Shown here: positions 1 to 12,440 of the stretch, one piece after another
Layout: each line of letters begins with the position of its first letter
Numbering within the stretch: the stretch's first letter is position 1
DNA from: Euglena gracilis
Taxonomy: Eukaryota
Assembly: GCA_039621445.1 (NCBI GenBank)
Contig: CP154954.1
Location: 24,626,954 to 24,690,953, forward strand
Reading direction: 5' to 3'
Length of the DNA: 64,000 nt
Made by a program: the position numbers and the translations under genes
The notes under the pieces: generated by a model
Database searches by the model: none
The model's input: the letters and a program-made list of their open reading frames with translations, nothing else
Told to the model about the DNA's origin: nothing

Positions 1-487
1 CGGGGTGACTGGTTTTTTCAGAGTGACTGACTGGTTTTTAACCCGGACCCCCTCCCCCCCCGGGGGGGGGGGGGGTCGGCCAGGAGTAGGCAAAAGCGGC
101 TTGAGTGACCCCGGCGCCAAAGGCGCCGGAAATTTTTTTTTGGCCTAAAATGGCCTAAAGTGACTGGAAAGTGGCCGTTTTTCTGAGTGGCCGACCCCCC
201 CCCCCAGGGGTTAGTGACTGGTTTTTTTGAAAATGAGTGACTGACTGGTTTTTTTTAAAAAAAAAGTGGAGTGACCCCCCTCCTCCCCCCCGGGGGTCGG
301 TAAAAAATTGTATGGTCAGAAGACCCCACCCCGGGGGGGGGGGGGTCTGGGGCCGGACCCCGAGGGGGTCCCAGGCCGGAGGCCCAGGTATGGGTTTCGG
401 AGCAAAGCGCCGAAAATTTTTTGTGAAATTGTCAAGGCAGGCTGGGTCGGTGGGGGCCCCCCCCCGGAGTCTTAAAGAGAAGCCCGC
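1..487. repeat. Partial dispersed repeat with reiterated AGTGACTG(ACT)GGTTTTT motifs
   Basis: The motif recurs at 5-40, 213-255, inverted at 736-772, and again around 50197 and 50588-50640. Confidence 0.5.
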
Positions 488-1743
488 CCCACTTGGCTTG
501 CCCACTGGAACAAGTGAGAGGGTGTTTAATTTCCATTTATTTTCAATTGGATTTTGGCTTTAAACTACTGCCCCCGGGGGGAGGGTGAACGACCCGGAAA
601 TTTGTCTTTCTGTCCAAAAAGGCCATACATCAAAGCATGTTGGTCAACGTCCAAAAAAGGTTCTTCTGTGCCTTCGGTGCCGAGTAGCCGGGTGGGGCGG
701 CATCCTGGTCTACTCCGCCCCCCCCCCCTGGGCCAAAAACCAGTCAGTCACTCCGAAAAAACCAGTCAGTCACCTCCCCCCGCACACACCTTAAGCAATG
801 GGCCCCCCCATGGAGGGATGAAGTGGTGAATGGATTTTGAAAAGCAATTGATTGGCTTTTTGAGAGAAGACAGTGACAGACCCCGGGGGGAGAGGGAGGG
901 AGAGACACGGTTGTGTTCACTGGTGAGGTGGAGATTCGTGACAAGCTTCCCCGGCAGGCCTGAACCCAAGGCACCAGAAACTTTTTTTCCGGTTTAATGC
1001 AATTCTCTGCGTTTTCCCCCCCATAGCTAGCATATGCGATTTTCCAAATTTCTCCGAAGGTGTGCCAAAGAAAAAAAGTTTCAATGTCTTGAGGAAATTG
1101 GGTAATTTGTGTGTGGTGGCTCTTTTTTCATGGATGGTTATATAGGAAGAAGGATTCTGCTTGCCCCCCCCCTCGGCCCTTGGACCTCCGGCGCTTGGCG
1201 CTTGGCTTGGCCTCCTTTCACGCAAACCTGTCCAAAATTTCGCCCTAAATTTTTTCTATCTTTGGCCCCATGTTGAATCGAAAACATTTGAATGGGACAA
1301 ATTGGCACCCAGCATTGAAAAAATTCTGGCCGTTGGTCCCAGAATCTTTGTTTGCTTTTCAAAGGTTTGACAGTTTTTCTGACTTTGCATGGATGCCAAC
1401 AACATCAACAACGTCCATTTTTTTGCATTTTTGGGGGGGGCATTCCACTCTGCATTTTTTGTGTATATTCGAAGCCCCTTCTCCGCCCTCCCAGGTCCTA
1501 AGAATTACTCTGCCTCCCCCCACTCACCCTCTCATTTTTGACCACAGTGGACATCACTTCCCAACCCACCCAACCCCACCCCCCTGCTGGTCCCTCCCCA
1601 GCAGCCATCGGCGCGTGCCGCCCCGTTTCTTTCTCAACTCGAGCCCAACGCTGTGCCCCCCCCCCACAGTGACTCCCGAAGCGGCTGGTCTTTGGACTGT
1701 GGTCGCTATGGGCAATGTCAGATTGCGGAACCAGTACCGCATA

Positions 1744-1823
1744 GGGGATGCTGACGCACGGTGTGCGGCACGGTGTGCACGGTGTGCCACACGGTGTGCC
1801 GCATACCGTGCGTCGGCATCCCC
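1744..1823. repeat. 80-bp hairpin mini-element with internal CACGGTGTGC repeats
   Basis: GGGGATGCTGACGCACGGT ... ACCGTGCGTCGGCATCCCC (18/19 inverted match). Confidence 0.75.
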
Positions 1824-2842
1824 ATGGCAGTGATGAGTACGACAGTGGCGGCAGCCCTGCCGCCGTTTTGTTCTACGTTTGTGTGAGTTTCTAATTTGGG
1901 TTTTCCAGTTTTGGTACCTGCACGCCGACGTGCCCCTGACCATCCATGTGGCTTCCACTCTACAGGGCGGGGGTAAACCAGTTTGGTTATCTATGGGCAG
2001 CCGAACTGCTTTTTGGCTTTCCACCTCCCCCTGCACTGTTGCTTTGTACTATGGAAAGCGACACAGCAAGATTTTCGATTGTACCGCTGCTTTGTGTGTG
2101 TCGCCTGGGGGGATAAATGATGACATGACGCCGACATGTTTTGCCTTGCGGTTTGCCAATTTCAGACACAAACAATGATGGTATTTTAATTTTTGGGGGG
2201 ATTTTTGAGCTCCAAAATGTAAATGCCAAATTGTACCAATTTACAATGTCGCGGAGCGCCGAAAGAGGATTTCTATTGTTTTTGGAGCCTGAAAAATGAT
2301 ATTTTTATGGTCCCGGGTCGGTTAAGGATAAGTCTAAATATAACCCCCCAAAGTTTGGTGGTGACTGAAGTGGCCATCGAGCACCTTTGACGATGCTGGG
2401 CAATGCTGGGTGATGCTTTCCTCTGCAGCCGGAGACCCACATCAAATCAAGCCAAAAGGCAAAGAGCAGCCAGGCCATGGGCCTGGGCCATTACGGCCAA
2501 CGGTTGCAGGCCCACTGGGGGCATCACTTTCCAGGCCCTGGGGGCCAGATGCTAACCAGCTGCAGCCCAGTGGGGCCTTACTACATGGCCCAGACCCAGG
2601 AGGACTCCCCAAAGGGAGGTCATTTTTTGCATAGCTTTAAAGGATGAAACCCACATTTTGGATCAATAAAGAATCATTTCCCTCAGATCTCTCATGTTAC
2701 ACCCATTTTGGCCATGGTTTGGAACAATTTTTGACAATTTGGGCAATTTTGTGATAATTTCTGTTCCCCCCCCCCTATGTCCAACGACCAGGTTTTGGAT
2801 AGTGCTGAGCTCTTTATAAGCGCGCCCCCACCCCTTCATTGA

Positions 2843-3160
2843 CCCCGGCCCGGCGGCCCGAAGGCCCGGCAGCCCGGCGGCCCGACGGCCCGGCAGCCCG
2901 GCGGTCCGGCCGGAGGCCCGGCGGGCCCGGCCGGCGGCCCGGCGGGCCCGGCGGTCCGGCCGGCGGCCCGGCGGTCCGGCCGGCGGCCCGGCGGGCCCGG
3001 CGGTCCGGCCGGCGGCCCGGCGGCCCGGCCGGCGGCCCGGCGGTCCGGCCGGCGGCCCGGCGGGCCCGGCGGTCCGGCCGGCGGCCCGGCGGTCCGGCCG
3101 GCGGCCCGGCGGTTCGGCCGGCGGCCCAGCGGCCCGGCGGCCCGGTGGCCCGGCGGCCCG
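2843..3160. repeat. Almost pure G/C minisatellite (CCGGCGGC / CCGGCGGTCCGG units)
   Basis: Directly visible. Confidence 0.95.
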
Positions 3161-3191
3161 AAAAACGCTCGTTTTCGGATCAAAGCCGTCT

Positions 3192-3935
3192 GGGGTCATG
3201 ATGGCCATCATGGGTCATGATGGCCATCCGGGGTCATGATGGCCATCCGGGGTCATGATGGCCATCCGGGGTCATGATGGCCATCATTGGTCATGATGAC
3301 CATCCAGGGTCATGATGGCCATCCGTGGTCATGATGGCCATCTGGGGTCATGATGGCCATCCGTGGCCATGATGGCCATCCGGGGTCATGATGGCCATCA
3401 TTGGTCAGGATGGCCATCATTGGTCATGATGGCCATCCGGGGTCATGATCCGGGGTCATGATGGCCATCATTGGTCATGATGGCCATCCAGGGTCATGAT
3501 GGCCATCCGGGGTCATCATGGCCATCATTGGTCATGATGGCCATCCGGGGTCATGATGGCCATCCGGGGTCATCATGGCCATCATTGGTCATGATGGCCA
3601 TCCGGGGTCATGATGGCCCTCCGGGGTCATGAGGGCCATCCGGGGTCATGATGGCCATCCGGGGCCATGATGGCCATCATTGGTCATGATGGCCATCCGG
3701 GGTCAAGATGGCCATCCGGGGCCATCCGGGGTCATGATGGTCATCCGGGGTCATGATGGCCATCCGGGGTCATGATGGCCATCATTGGTCATGATGGCCA
3801 TCCGGGGTCATGATGGCCATCATTGGTCATGATGGCCATCCGTGGCCATGATGGCCATCCGTGGTCATGATGGCCATCATTGGTCATGATGGCCATCCGG
3901 GGTCATGATGGCCATCCGGGGTCATGATGGCCATC
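3192..3935 (+). repeat. 19-bp tandem repeat GGGGTCATGATGGCCATCC (variant ATTGGTCATGATGGCCATC), roughly 39 units
   Basis: Head-to-tail units with no spacers; each unit contains the palindromes TCATGA and GATGGCCATC. Confidence 0.95.
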
Positions 3936-6030
3936 AATGGGTCGGCGGTCCAAAACGGGGCGCTGGCGGGTCGAAAAACGCTCGTTTTCGGCTCAAAAAC
4001 AGTTTTTCTGGGTCCGGGAGGACCCAGACCCAGGAGGACCCAAAATTTTCAGCGCGAAGCGCCGGAAGGGAAAAATTGGGCATTTTTGGGTGGGTTGGGA
4101 CCCGGGTACCCACCAACTTTCTTTTGACCCCATGTCCAATGACCACCCCCCCCCCCGGTCAGAGGACACCTTTTTGGTCACTACCCTATGTCCAACGACC
4201 ACCCCCCCCCCGGTCAGAGGATAGAGGTTACCGGTCATTGGACATAGGGGGGGTAAGATTTTAGGCTGATTTGGATCAATATCAGCAATTTTATGGCATT
4301 TTAGGCCATTTTATGCCGTTTCGGTAGTCTTGGGTCATTGTTCACGATCTTTGCGGACATTGTGAGCCATTTTGGGGATGTTTGAGGTCATTTCGAGCCA
4401 TTTTTGGTCATTTTGGTCGCTACCATTTTATCTCATTTGTTTTTGGGCTTTTGGGGCATTTTGGTTCAGTTTATAACCAGGATGCAGATCCTGGAATAGT
4501 TGCACCGAGCATCCATTCCATCCAACATCCACTACACCAAATCCAGTTTCTGCAATCCCTGCATCGTCCAGCATCTGCATCCACTGCCTCGAATCCGATA
4601 TCTTCATCCACTGCATCGGCTCCAGTATCTGCATCCAGTCCATCCTCCCATCCACTCCCGTGTCCACTCCATCAATTCCGCTTTAGTACTGGTGCGAGGA
4701 AGACCAAGAGGGGAAGAAGCTTGTGGCTGGATGAATTTGGGCAAAAGTGAACAAAAGGACAAAAGAACAAAAGTAGCCAAAAGTGACCATGGCCAAAAGT
4801 GGATGAAATTGGGCAAATGGTCAAAAGTGGACAAAAGTGGATGCAGTGTATGCGGTATTTGAGTGAATGCAGGTATTGGAGGTACACCACCAAGGGCTTC
4901 ATTAACAATGTGGGCGATGCTGGGCCAATGACAGGGCTGCTCGTGGCCATCCAAATCCAAAATTGCTGTTTTTGAGAGATCAACAAGTCTGCTGGTTTTG
5001 AATCGAAAACGTCCCAAGCGGCTCGCAGCGGAACAGCTCCCACCCAGTCGCCCGGCATCTGCTCACTTGCCACAACGCCCTGCCCTCAGTGCCTCCCCAG
5101 CCCCTGCACCAGGGGCAAACTTCCAGCCCCACGCTCTCCTTTTCATCTAGTGTCACAATAGTTCTCTGCTGTATCGCTCAGAGGTTTCTGTACTCCATTC
5201 AGAAGCATCTGGCCATTCATCACAAGCCCAGATTTGATTTCTGTTTGTGATTGGGGTTTGGAGTTTGGAGAGAAGCCACCTAGCAACCTACGTAACTGCA
5301 TTCCGGGCACATCTTGGGTAATTCACAAGATAGTTCGCTTAGTTTTGTGTTACAGCTTGTGATTTTTTAGAGTCATCACCCTTTTTTCCCTGCGTGTGCC
5401 TTCATCCAAGACACAGTCTGTCATTGAACAATCCTGTCCAGATATTTTTTTTTAAATTTTGGTGACCCGGGGGGGGGTCTGGTCCCTCCCCCTCCCCCAG
5501 GGGGTGGGGGTCAGCCAAGTGGATAACCCCCTGGGAGGTTTCCTTTGTTTTCGGCACTTCTTGCCGAAAACAAAATTTGAACCCCAAAATTGACCCCCAA
5601 AAGGTGGCCCTCACAAGCCCCCCCCTCCAAATTGAGACTAGAGGCTTTGAAAGACCCGGGAGGGGGACCATTCCTTGCTCACCGACCTCCCCCCGGGGGG
5701 GGGTCACTTTCCACTTCAAAAGTCCGGTCAGCACTTTTCGCAACCTTGGCCTCGTTGTTAAAATGTTTGGTTTATTCCGTGCACAGAACCCGGAGGAGAG
5801 GTATGTCATTTCCATCCTCTTTTTTTTGTCAGTCCGTGAGGTAAATCTCCTGCTCAGGATCACAAAACAACGCCACGCTCCCCCCAGCTGCTTCCGCCAG
5901 CCACCTGCATCTTTCCTCCGTCAGTTTCCCCCTGTCCTGAATCGCCCTGGTGTTTGTGACCAATGACACGCCCTCCCAACGGTACCCAGTGGCAGAGGGC
6001 CCCGGCTGCCCGTTTCTACCAGTTGTTTGT

Positions 6031-6071
<41 letters not shown>

Positions 6072-7086
6072 GGTGGGTGGGTGGGTCTTACCGCCTGGTC
6101 GTCTGTCTCTGTCTGCCAAGGCTGTTGGCTTTGAGGTTGTATGGATGTGCTGCATGGACAATCCCTCCAAATGGACGCTGAAGTTTGGAATAAATTCAGG
6201 GAAATCCCATGGTGAATCCCCTCAGTGCACAGAAAGGCCAATGCAGGATTCAATTTATGTGGGGGGTCCCCCACCCTGGACCAGACGGACCCCCCTGCCC
6301 ACCTTCCAAGGGTGGATCTGGACCGACCTGGGGGGGAACCTGGGACCCCCCCAAAAAAGCTTCAATCTTTTCTACCGGCGCATCGCGCCGAAATCTTGTC
6401 TGCATTTTTTTTGACATCTGTCACCCAATAAGGTGGGCTCCCCACCCTCCCCTCCTGGATCGGTCCAACCCCCCCACCTGCCCTTTTATCGAACCCATAT
6501 ATCGTGTCAGCAGCAGGCTTCTGCTTAAGGGTCGAAGAACCCAGAGGGGGCTGGAATGCAGCTAATCCAAATTTGAACGGTAAAAATCCTGGTGGACCCC
6601 CCAGGGACTCCCAGCATGGCTAGCCAATGGAAGTTTTTTTTTTTGAGCCCCCAAAATCTGCCAAAATTTGCTCATTGTTGGCTCTTTTTTTTTAAACACC
6701 ATACATACCCTATTTTCACCTCGGCACCCAGCGCTGGATATTTTTTCCATTCGGGGAGAGCTCAGGACTCCAGCTCAGGAGGGGGGTCTACCTTGTGGCT
6801 TTTTTGCAATGACTAGCAAATTGGGTAGGTAGTGGACCCCCAGGATATTTAAGCAAAGCCTAGTCTGCAGTGCTTTTTGTGGAATATTTCCACCTGAAAT
6901 GCACCCTCACCAGATTTTGTGCCATCAGTTCAGGGACGGATATTCTCGACCAATGCATGGAAGTGCTGCTTCAGGGGATGGTCTTGGGGATGGTTGGATT
7001 ATATTAAACTAGCTTAAAGTAAATTGAATTAAATAATTACTTATGTTAAATCATTAAAATATAAATTAAACGAGATTAAATAATTA

Positions 7087-7500
7087 CCCCCCTCCCTAGT
7101 CGTACGACCACCCCTCATCTATGACCACCCCCCGGTCACAGGTTGCAGGTCATGGGGGTGTTATGACCACCCCCCCCCCCGGTCACAGGTTGCAGGTTGC
7201 GAAAAATTTAACCCCCAAAAATAAGTCCCCCTCCTGGCCGGTCCGAGCAAAAATCCATGAAATGGACCCCCCCCAAAATAAGGTCCCCCCTGCCGGCGCG
7301 AAGCGCCGGATTTTTGAAAAATGGGACATTTTGGGGGGGTAAATCTGCCATTTTGGGACAGTTTTCACACACTTCTACGACCGCCCCCTCATCTATGACC
7401 ACCCCCCGGTCACAGGTTGCAGGTTATGGGGGTGTTATGACCACCCCCCCCCCCGGTCACAGGTTGCAGGAACCCGGTCATACGACTAGGGGGGGGGGGG
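7087..7500. mobile_element. MITE with poly-C/poly-G termini, flanked by TAATTA
   Basis: C-run+TAGTCGTACGACC ... GGTCATACGACTA+G-run; internal direct repeat 7113-7196 / 7386-7469. Confidence 0.8.
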
Positions 7501-9771
7501 TAATTAATTGAATTAATTTAATTAAATTGAATTGAATTGAATTGAATTGAATTTGCCCGTGTCCAGAGCATGCACTGGGGCCAATTTGGGTGTCGATCAC
7601 CCCAAGATTGCCGTGAAGGCAACGGAGGCATGAGAAGCTGAGAAAGAAAGGGACCCCCTGCAAGCTCTTCCACTCCCCTCCCCCGCACCTCCGCGCTCCT
7701 TCCCTCCACGACTCGCCCTCACCCTCGGCGGCCACGCATCCCCTCCCTGCGGGTTGGAGCTCGCCAGCTTGACCGCGGCCCTCTGTTGTGCAGTGCGGCC
7801 CGAAATGCCTGTTTTGGAGGTGGATTTCGTGACTCGACTATTTTGAATGGTTTCTTATAAGCGTTGGTCAGACAAACCGGGTGGGGAACGTGACAAGCAA
7901 ACCGTGGTGCTGTCTGGCTCAGCACCGCAGCAATAGAAGCCCACCTCCGATGGATACGCAGGGGCCACTGCAAGTGGAGGGTCTAAATAGCGGCCCCTCC
8001 TCCCCAGAACAGAACGGGAATCGGCCGAACAGCCAGGGTGGTGGGTGGGGGGGGGGGGGGGGGGGGGTCGACCTCTCCCCGTATTTCCGAGAGCACCAAT
8101 TTCCGAGACCCGAAAAAAATTTTCCGGCGCCTTCGGCACCGGGTGTTTTTTTTTTTGACCCATTCTGGGACCCATATAGGGGGTTCCCCCAGAAACACCC
8201 AAAACCCCATTTTTTCATACTTTCCAAAAACTCAACGTTTTCTCAAAATGTAGATTTTGAGTGGTTTTTGAAGCAAAAAATGCCATTGAAAGTCCAAATA
8301 AAATTCAAACGGAAAAAGTGTCAGTAAAATTTGATTGTGCCAAAATTTTGTCCACTTTTTTTTACCTTCGTTTTTTTTTCACCCCCCCCCTCCTGAAAAC
8401 TACCATTTTTTAACCCTGAATTTTTTGTAAAAAAAATGTGGTTTTCCATTAAAAAATCATGTGTTTTGGGTTCATTTTTTCAAAAAAAAATTCTAAAGTT
8501 TTCCCGGCCAAAATTCCCGTTTTCCCGAAATCGGTGTATATGCTGTGGTGGGGGGGGGGTCGACCCACCTCCCACCTCCCGGGTTGGGGGGGGGGGGGTT
8601 GACCACCTCCCCCCACCAGGCCTTCCCGTTCTGCCCGCTCCTCCCCCCGCCACCAGAGGTGGCGGTCAACTCCAGGCACACCCGCAATTCAATTTGGGGG
8701 GGACAGGGCAGTGGGGGTTTGCGGGGTGTTGGCCAATGGCCCCCCTCGCCCAGCGCCGCAAAGGGTCGCCGCCCCGCCTGGCTCGACGGCTCGCCCGACA
8801 CGATGCACTGCCGCCCCCTGCCAGTCCCCTCTGACCCCCCGGATGGCCCCAGCGCCCTCTCCCCCAGCACGGCACGGCATGGGGTGGCTTGGCAGGGCGT
8901 GGGGAGAGGGGGAAGGGGGGCAGGGGGGGAGGTGCCCGGTCGGCCGAGTGCGCCATCAGCACCTGGCCTGGGCCAGCGACCTGCCATTCGACTTTGGACA
9001 GTTTGTGCTGTTTTGTCTGTGTGTGTTGTGTTTTTTTTTTGTTTTTATTTATTTGCCCTTTTTTGGAAAACCTTATTGTGGAAGTTGACGTACAAACAAA
9101 ATGGTCGAACATTTGAACATGAGGAAGTAGGCCGCATAACGTTGTGATCCAATGTAGTGCATGCGTGTCCCATGCAGCGCCGGTGCCATCCCCAGTAGTG
9201 CCGGAACCCCCTCCCTCCCCTGCGACGCCAGGGGCCTGCCTGCTGCCGTGGCCACCGGTCGCTGAGCCGCTCTCTCTCTCCCCCCCCCCCATCCCCTGCA
9301 CTGGGCCACTGCTGCCACGGACTGGTAGTTCGGTCCGGCGGGCAACCCGGCCAAGATGGGTCCCCCGAGGAGCACGGCGCCGGCTGCCACTTGGCTTCAT
9401 GTGGGCGTGTTGCGCTGTCCAGTGCTGCGGGGTGTGTTGTGCCTCCAGAGAAGGGGTATGAAATTGAAGACCTTTTGTTGATTTCGAAAAAATCTGTGGG
9501 TTTGTGTGATTGAGTGTGAGGAGTGAGCGAGTGAGTGAGTGATTGAATGAGTATGTCTCTGTGCGTGCTTTCCCTTTTCTTTTGCATTTTGGTGATTTTT
9601 TCTGCATTCTGGGGGGGGAAATGGGAGTGAACGCGAAGTCTCATTTTTATTTTGTATTTCCAATGTGGTTTTTGTTGTGTCCAACTTTAAAAACATTTTC
9701 CTTTTTTTGAATCTTTGGACAAATGAATTGATGGGTATTTTATCAGCGGCGTTGCTTGCATCGGGCTCAAA

Positions 9772-9784
9772 CAATAATAATAAT

Positions 9785-9868
<84 letters not shown>

Positions 9869-9869
9869 G

Positions 9870-9914
<45 letters not shown>

Positions 9915-9928
9915 AATAATAATAATTC

Positions 9929-9972
<44 letters not shown>

Positions 9973-9977
9973 GTAAC

Positions 9978-10022
<45 letters not shown>
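9772..10022 (+). repeat. (AAT)n/(AAC)n microsatellite
   Basis: Directly visible. Confidence 0.98.
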
Positions 10023-10024
<2 letters not shown>

Positions 10025-10074
10025 GTGTGCCATACGGCAGTCAGTATTTCTGTTAAAACAGAAATGAAGGGGTA

Positions 10075-12235
10075 CGCTTATTATTTCTATTCAAGGGCCG
10101 TCCAGGAGATGTTGTACCCCAGGGTCCTTCTTGGCTGACCCATCCGTTTTGGGTAATTCTCATAAAATCGATTTTTTGGCCCCGGCAAGGCTGAAAAACG
10201 GCTAAGTCCTGTGGGAACCCCTTTTTGCCACCCCCGTACGGGCCCCAAAACGGTCCGGAGGGGCCGGGGGTATGTGGGGTGTATACAGGCCACTTGGGGG
10301 TCCCCCATGGTTGGTTTGGGTCCCCGGGTGGGTCCGTGTAGTTCCCCATCCGTTTTGGGTAACTTTCAAAAAATCGATTTTTTGGCCCCCGCAAGGCTGA
10401 AAAACGGCTAAAATCCTGCGGGAACCCTTTTTGGGGGCCCCGTACGGGCCCCAAAACGGTCCGGAGGGGCCGGGGGTATGTGGGGTGTATACAGGCCACT
10501 TGGGGGTCCCCCATGGTTGGTTTGGGTCCCCGGGTGGGTCCGTGCAGTTCCCCATCCGTTTTGGGTAATTTTCAAAAAATCGATTTTTTGGCCCCGGCAA
10601 GGCTAAAAAACGGCTAAGTCCTGTGGGAACCCCTTTTTGCCACCCCCGTACGGGCCCCAGAACGGTCCGGAGGGGCCGGGGGTATGTGGGGTGTATACAG
10701 GCCACTTGGGGGTCCCCCATGGTTGGTTTGGGTCCCCGGGTGGGTCCGTGCAGTTCCCCATCCGTTTTGGGTAATTTTCAAAAAATCGATTTTTTGGCCC
10801 CCGCAAGGCTGAAAAACGGCTAAGTCCTGTGGGAACCCCTTTTTGCCACCCCCGTACGGGCCCCAAAACGGTCCGGGGGGCCGGGGGTATGTGGGGTGTA
10901 TACAGGCCACTTGGGGGTCCCCCATGGTTGGTTTGGGTCCCCGGGTGGGTCCGTGCAGTTCCCCATCCGTTTTGGGTAATTTTCAAAAAATCGATTTTTT
11001 GGCCCCCGCAAGGCTAAAAAACGGCTAAGTCCTGTGGGAACCCCTTTTTGCCACCCCCGTACGGGCCCCAGAACGGTCCGGAGGGGCCGGGGGTATGTGG
11101 GGTGTATACAGGCCACTTGGGGGTCCCCCATGGTTGGTTTGGGTCCCCGGGTGGGTCCGTGCAGTTCCCCATCCGTTTTGGGTAATTTTCAAAAAATCGA
11201 TTTTTTGGCCCCCGCAAGGCTGAAAAACGGCCAAATCCTGTGGGAACCCCTTCTTGCCACCCCCGTACGGGCCCCAAAACGGTCCGGAGGGGCCGGGGGT
11301 ATGTGCGGTGGATACAGGCCACTTGGGGGTCCCCCATGGTTGGTTTGGGTCCCCGAGTGGGTCCGTGCAGTTCCCCATCCGTTTTGGGTAATTTTCAAAA
11401 AATCGATTTTTTGGCCCCCGCAAGGCTAAAAAACGGCTAAGTCCTGTGGGAACCCCTTTTTGCCACCCCCGTACGGGCCCCAGAACGGTCCGGAGGGGCC
11501 GGGGGTATGTGGGGTGTATACAGGCCACTTGGGGGTCCCCCATGGTTGGTTTGGGTCCCCGGGTGGGTCCGTGTAGTTCCCCATCCGTTTTGGGTAACTT
11601 TCAAAAAATCGATTTTTTGGCCCCCGCAAGGCTAAAAAACGGCCAAGTCCTGTGGGAACCCCTTTTTGCCACCCCCGTACGGGCCCCAGAACGGTCCGGA
11701 GGGGCCGGGGGTATGTGGGGTGTATACAGGCCACTTGGGGGTCCCCCATGGTTGGTTTGGGTCCCCGGGTGGGTCCGTGCAGTTCCCCATCCGTTTTGGG
11801 TAATTTTCAAAAAATCGATTTTTTGGCCCCTTTACACATGGGCTGCAGGCCCCCGAAAACGCTCAAGTCGACAAATTTGGGGTCCGACCCCCAGTTGCAC
11901 CCACCTACGTGTGCAGTCGCGACCCGGGACCCATGCCATACAACGGGGGGACCCCCTGTCCTTGGGAGACTTTTACATCAGATCGGGTCGACCGACTGTC
12001 ATATCCCGGGAAAACTCTTTATTATTATTTGTAGTAGTAGTAGTAGTAGTAGTACTTAGGAGTCCCCTATTTTTGGCCCGTGGCGGCTCCTACCGGGTCG
12101 GTCGGACCGAAACTCCGACACCTACCCCCCCGTTTGGGGTCTGGCCACTCTCAATGCACCAGGTCCCGAACCCTGGTGGAACAGCGTACCTATACCTACT
12201 GGGGTGAACCACCCCCCGAATAGAAATAATAAGCG
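10075..12235. mobile_element. Non-autonomous TIR element with TA TSD (Tc1/mariner-like signature) carrying a 206-bp satellite
   Basis: Perfect 18-bp TIR CGCTTATTATTTCTATTC (10075-10092) / GAATAGAAATAATAAGCG (12218-12235), each flanked by TA. Confidence 0.85.
10139..11830 (+). repeat. 206-bp tandem satellite, ~8 near-identical units
   Basis: Equivalent positions recur at 10308, 10514, 10720, 10925, 11131, 11337, 11543 and 11749. Confidence 0.97.

Positions 12236-12440
<205 letters not shown>

Larger units (their letters stand above)
2766..4253. mobile_element. Non-autonomous TIR element containing two tandem arrays
   Basis: Ends are C-run+TATGTCCAACGACC and GGTCATTGGACATA+G-run. A related right-end fragment lies at ~47460-47587. 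Confidence 0.7.

Noticed and set aside
3192-3935. Palindromic 19-bp repeats as a CRISPR array
   Set aside because: Units are head-to-tail with no unique spacers, no cas genes are present, and the context is eukaryotic.
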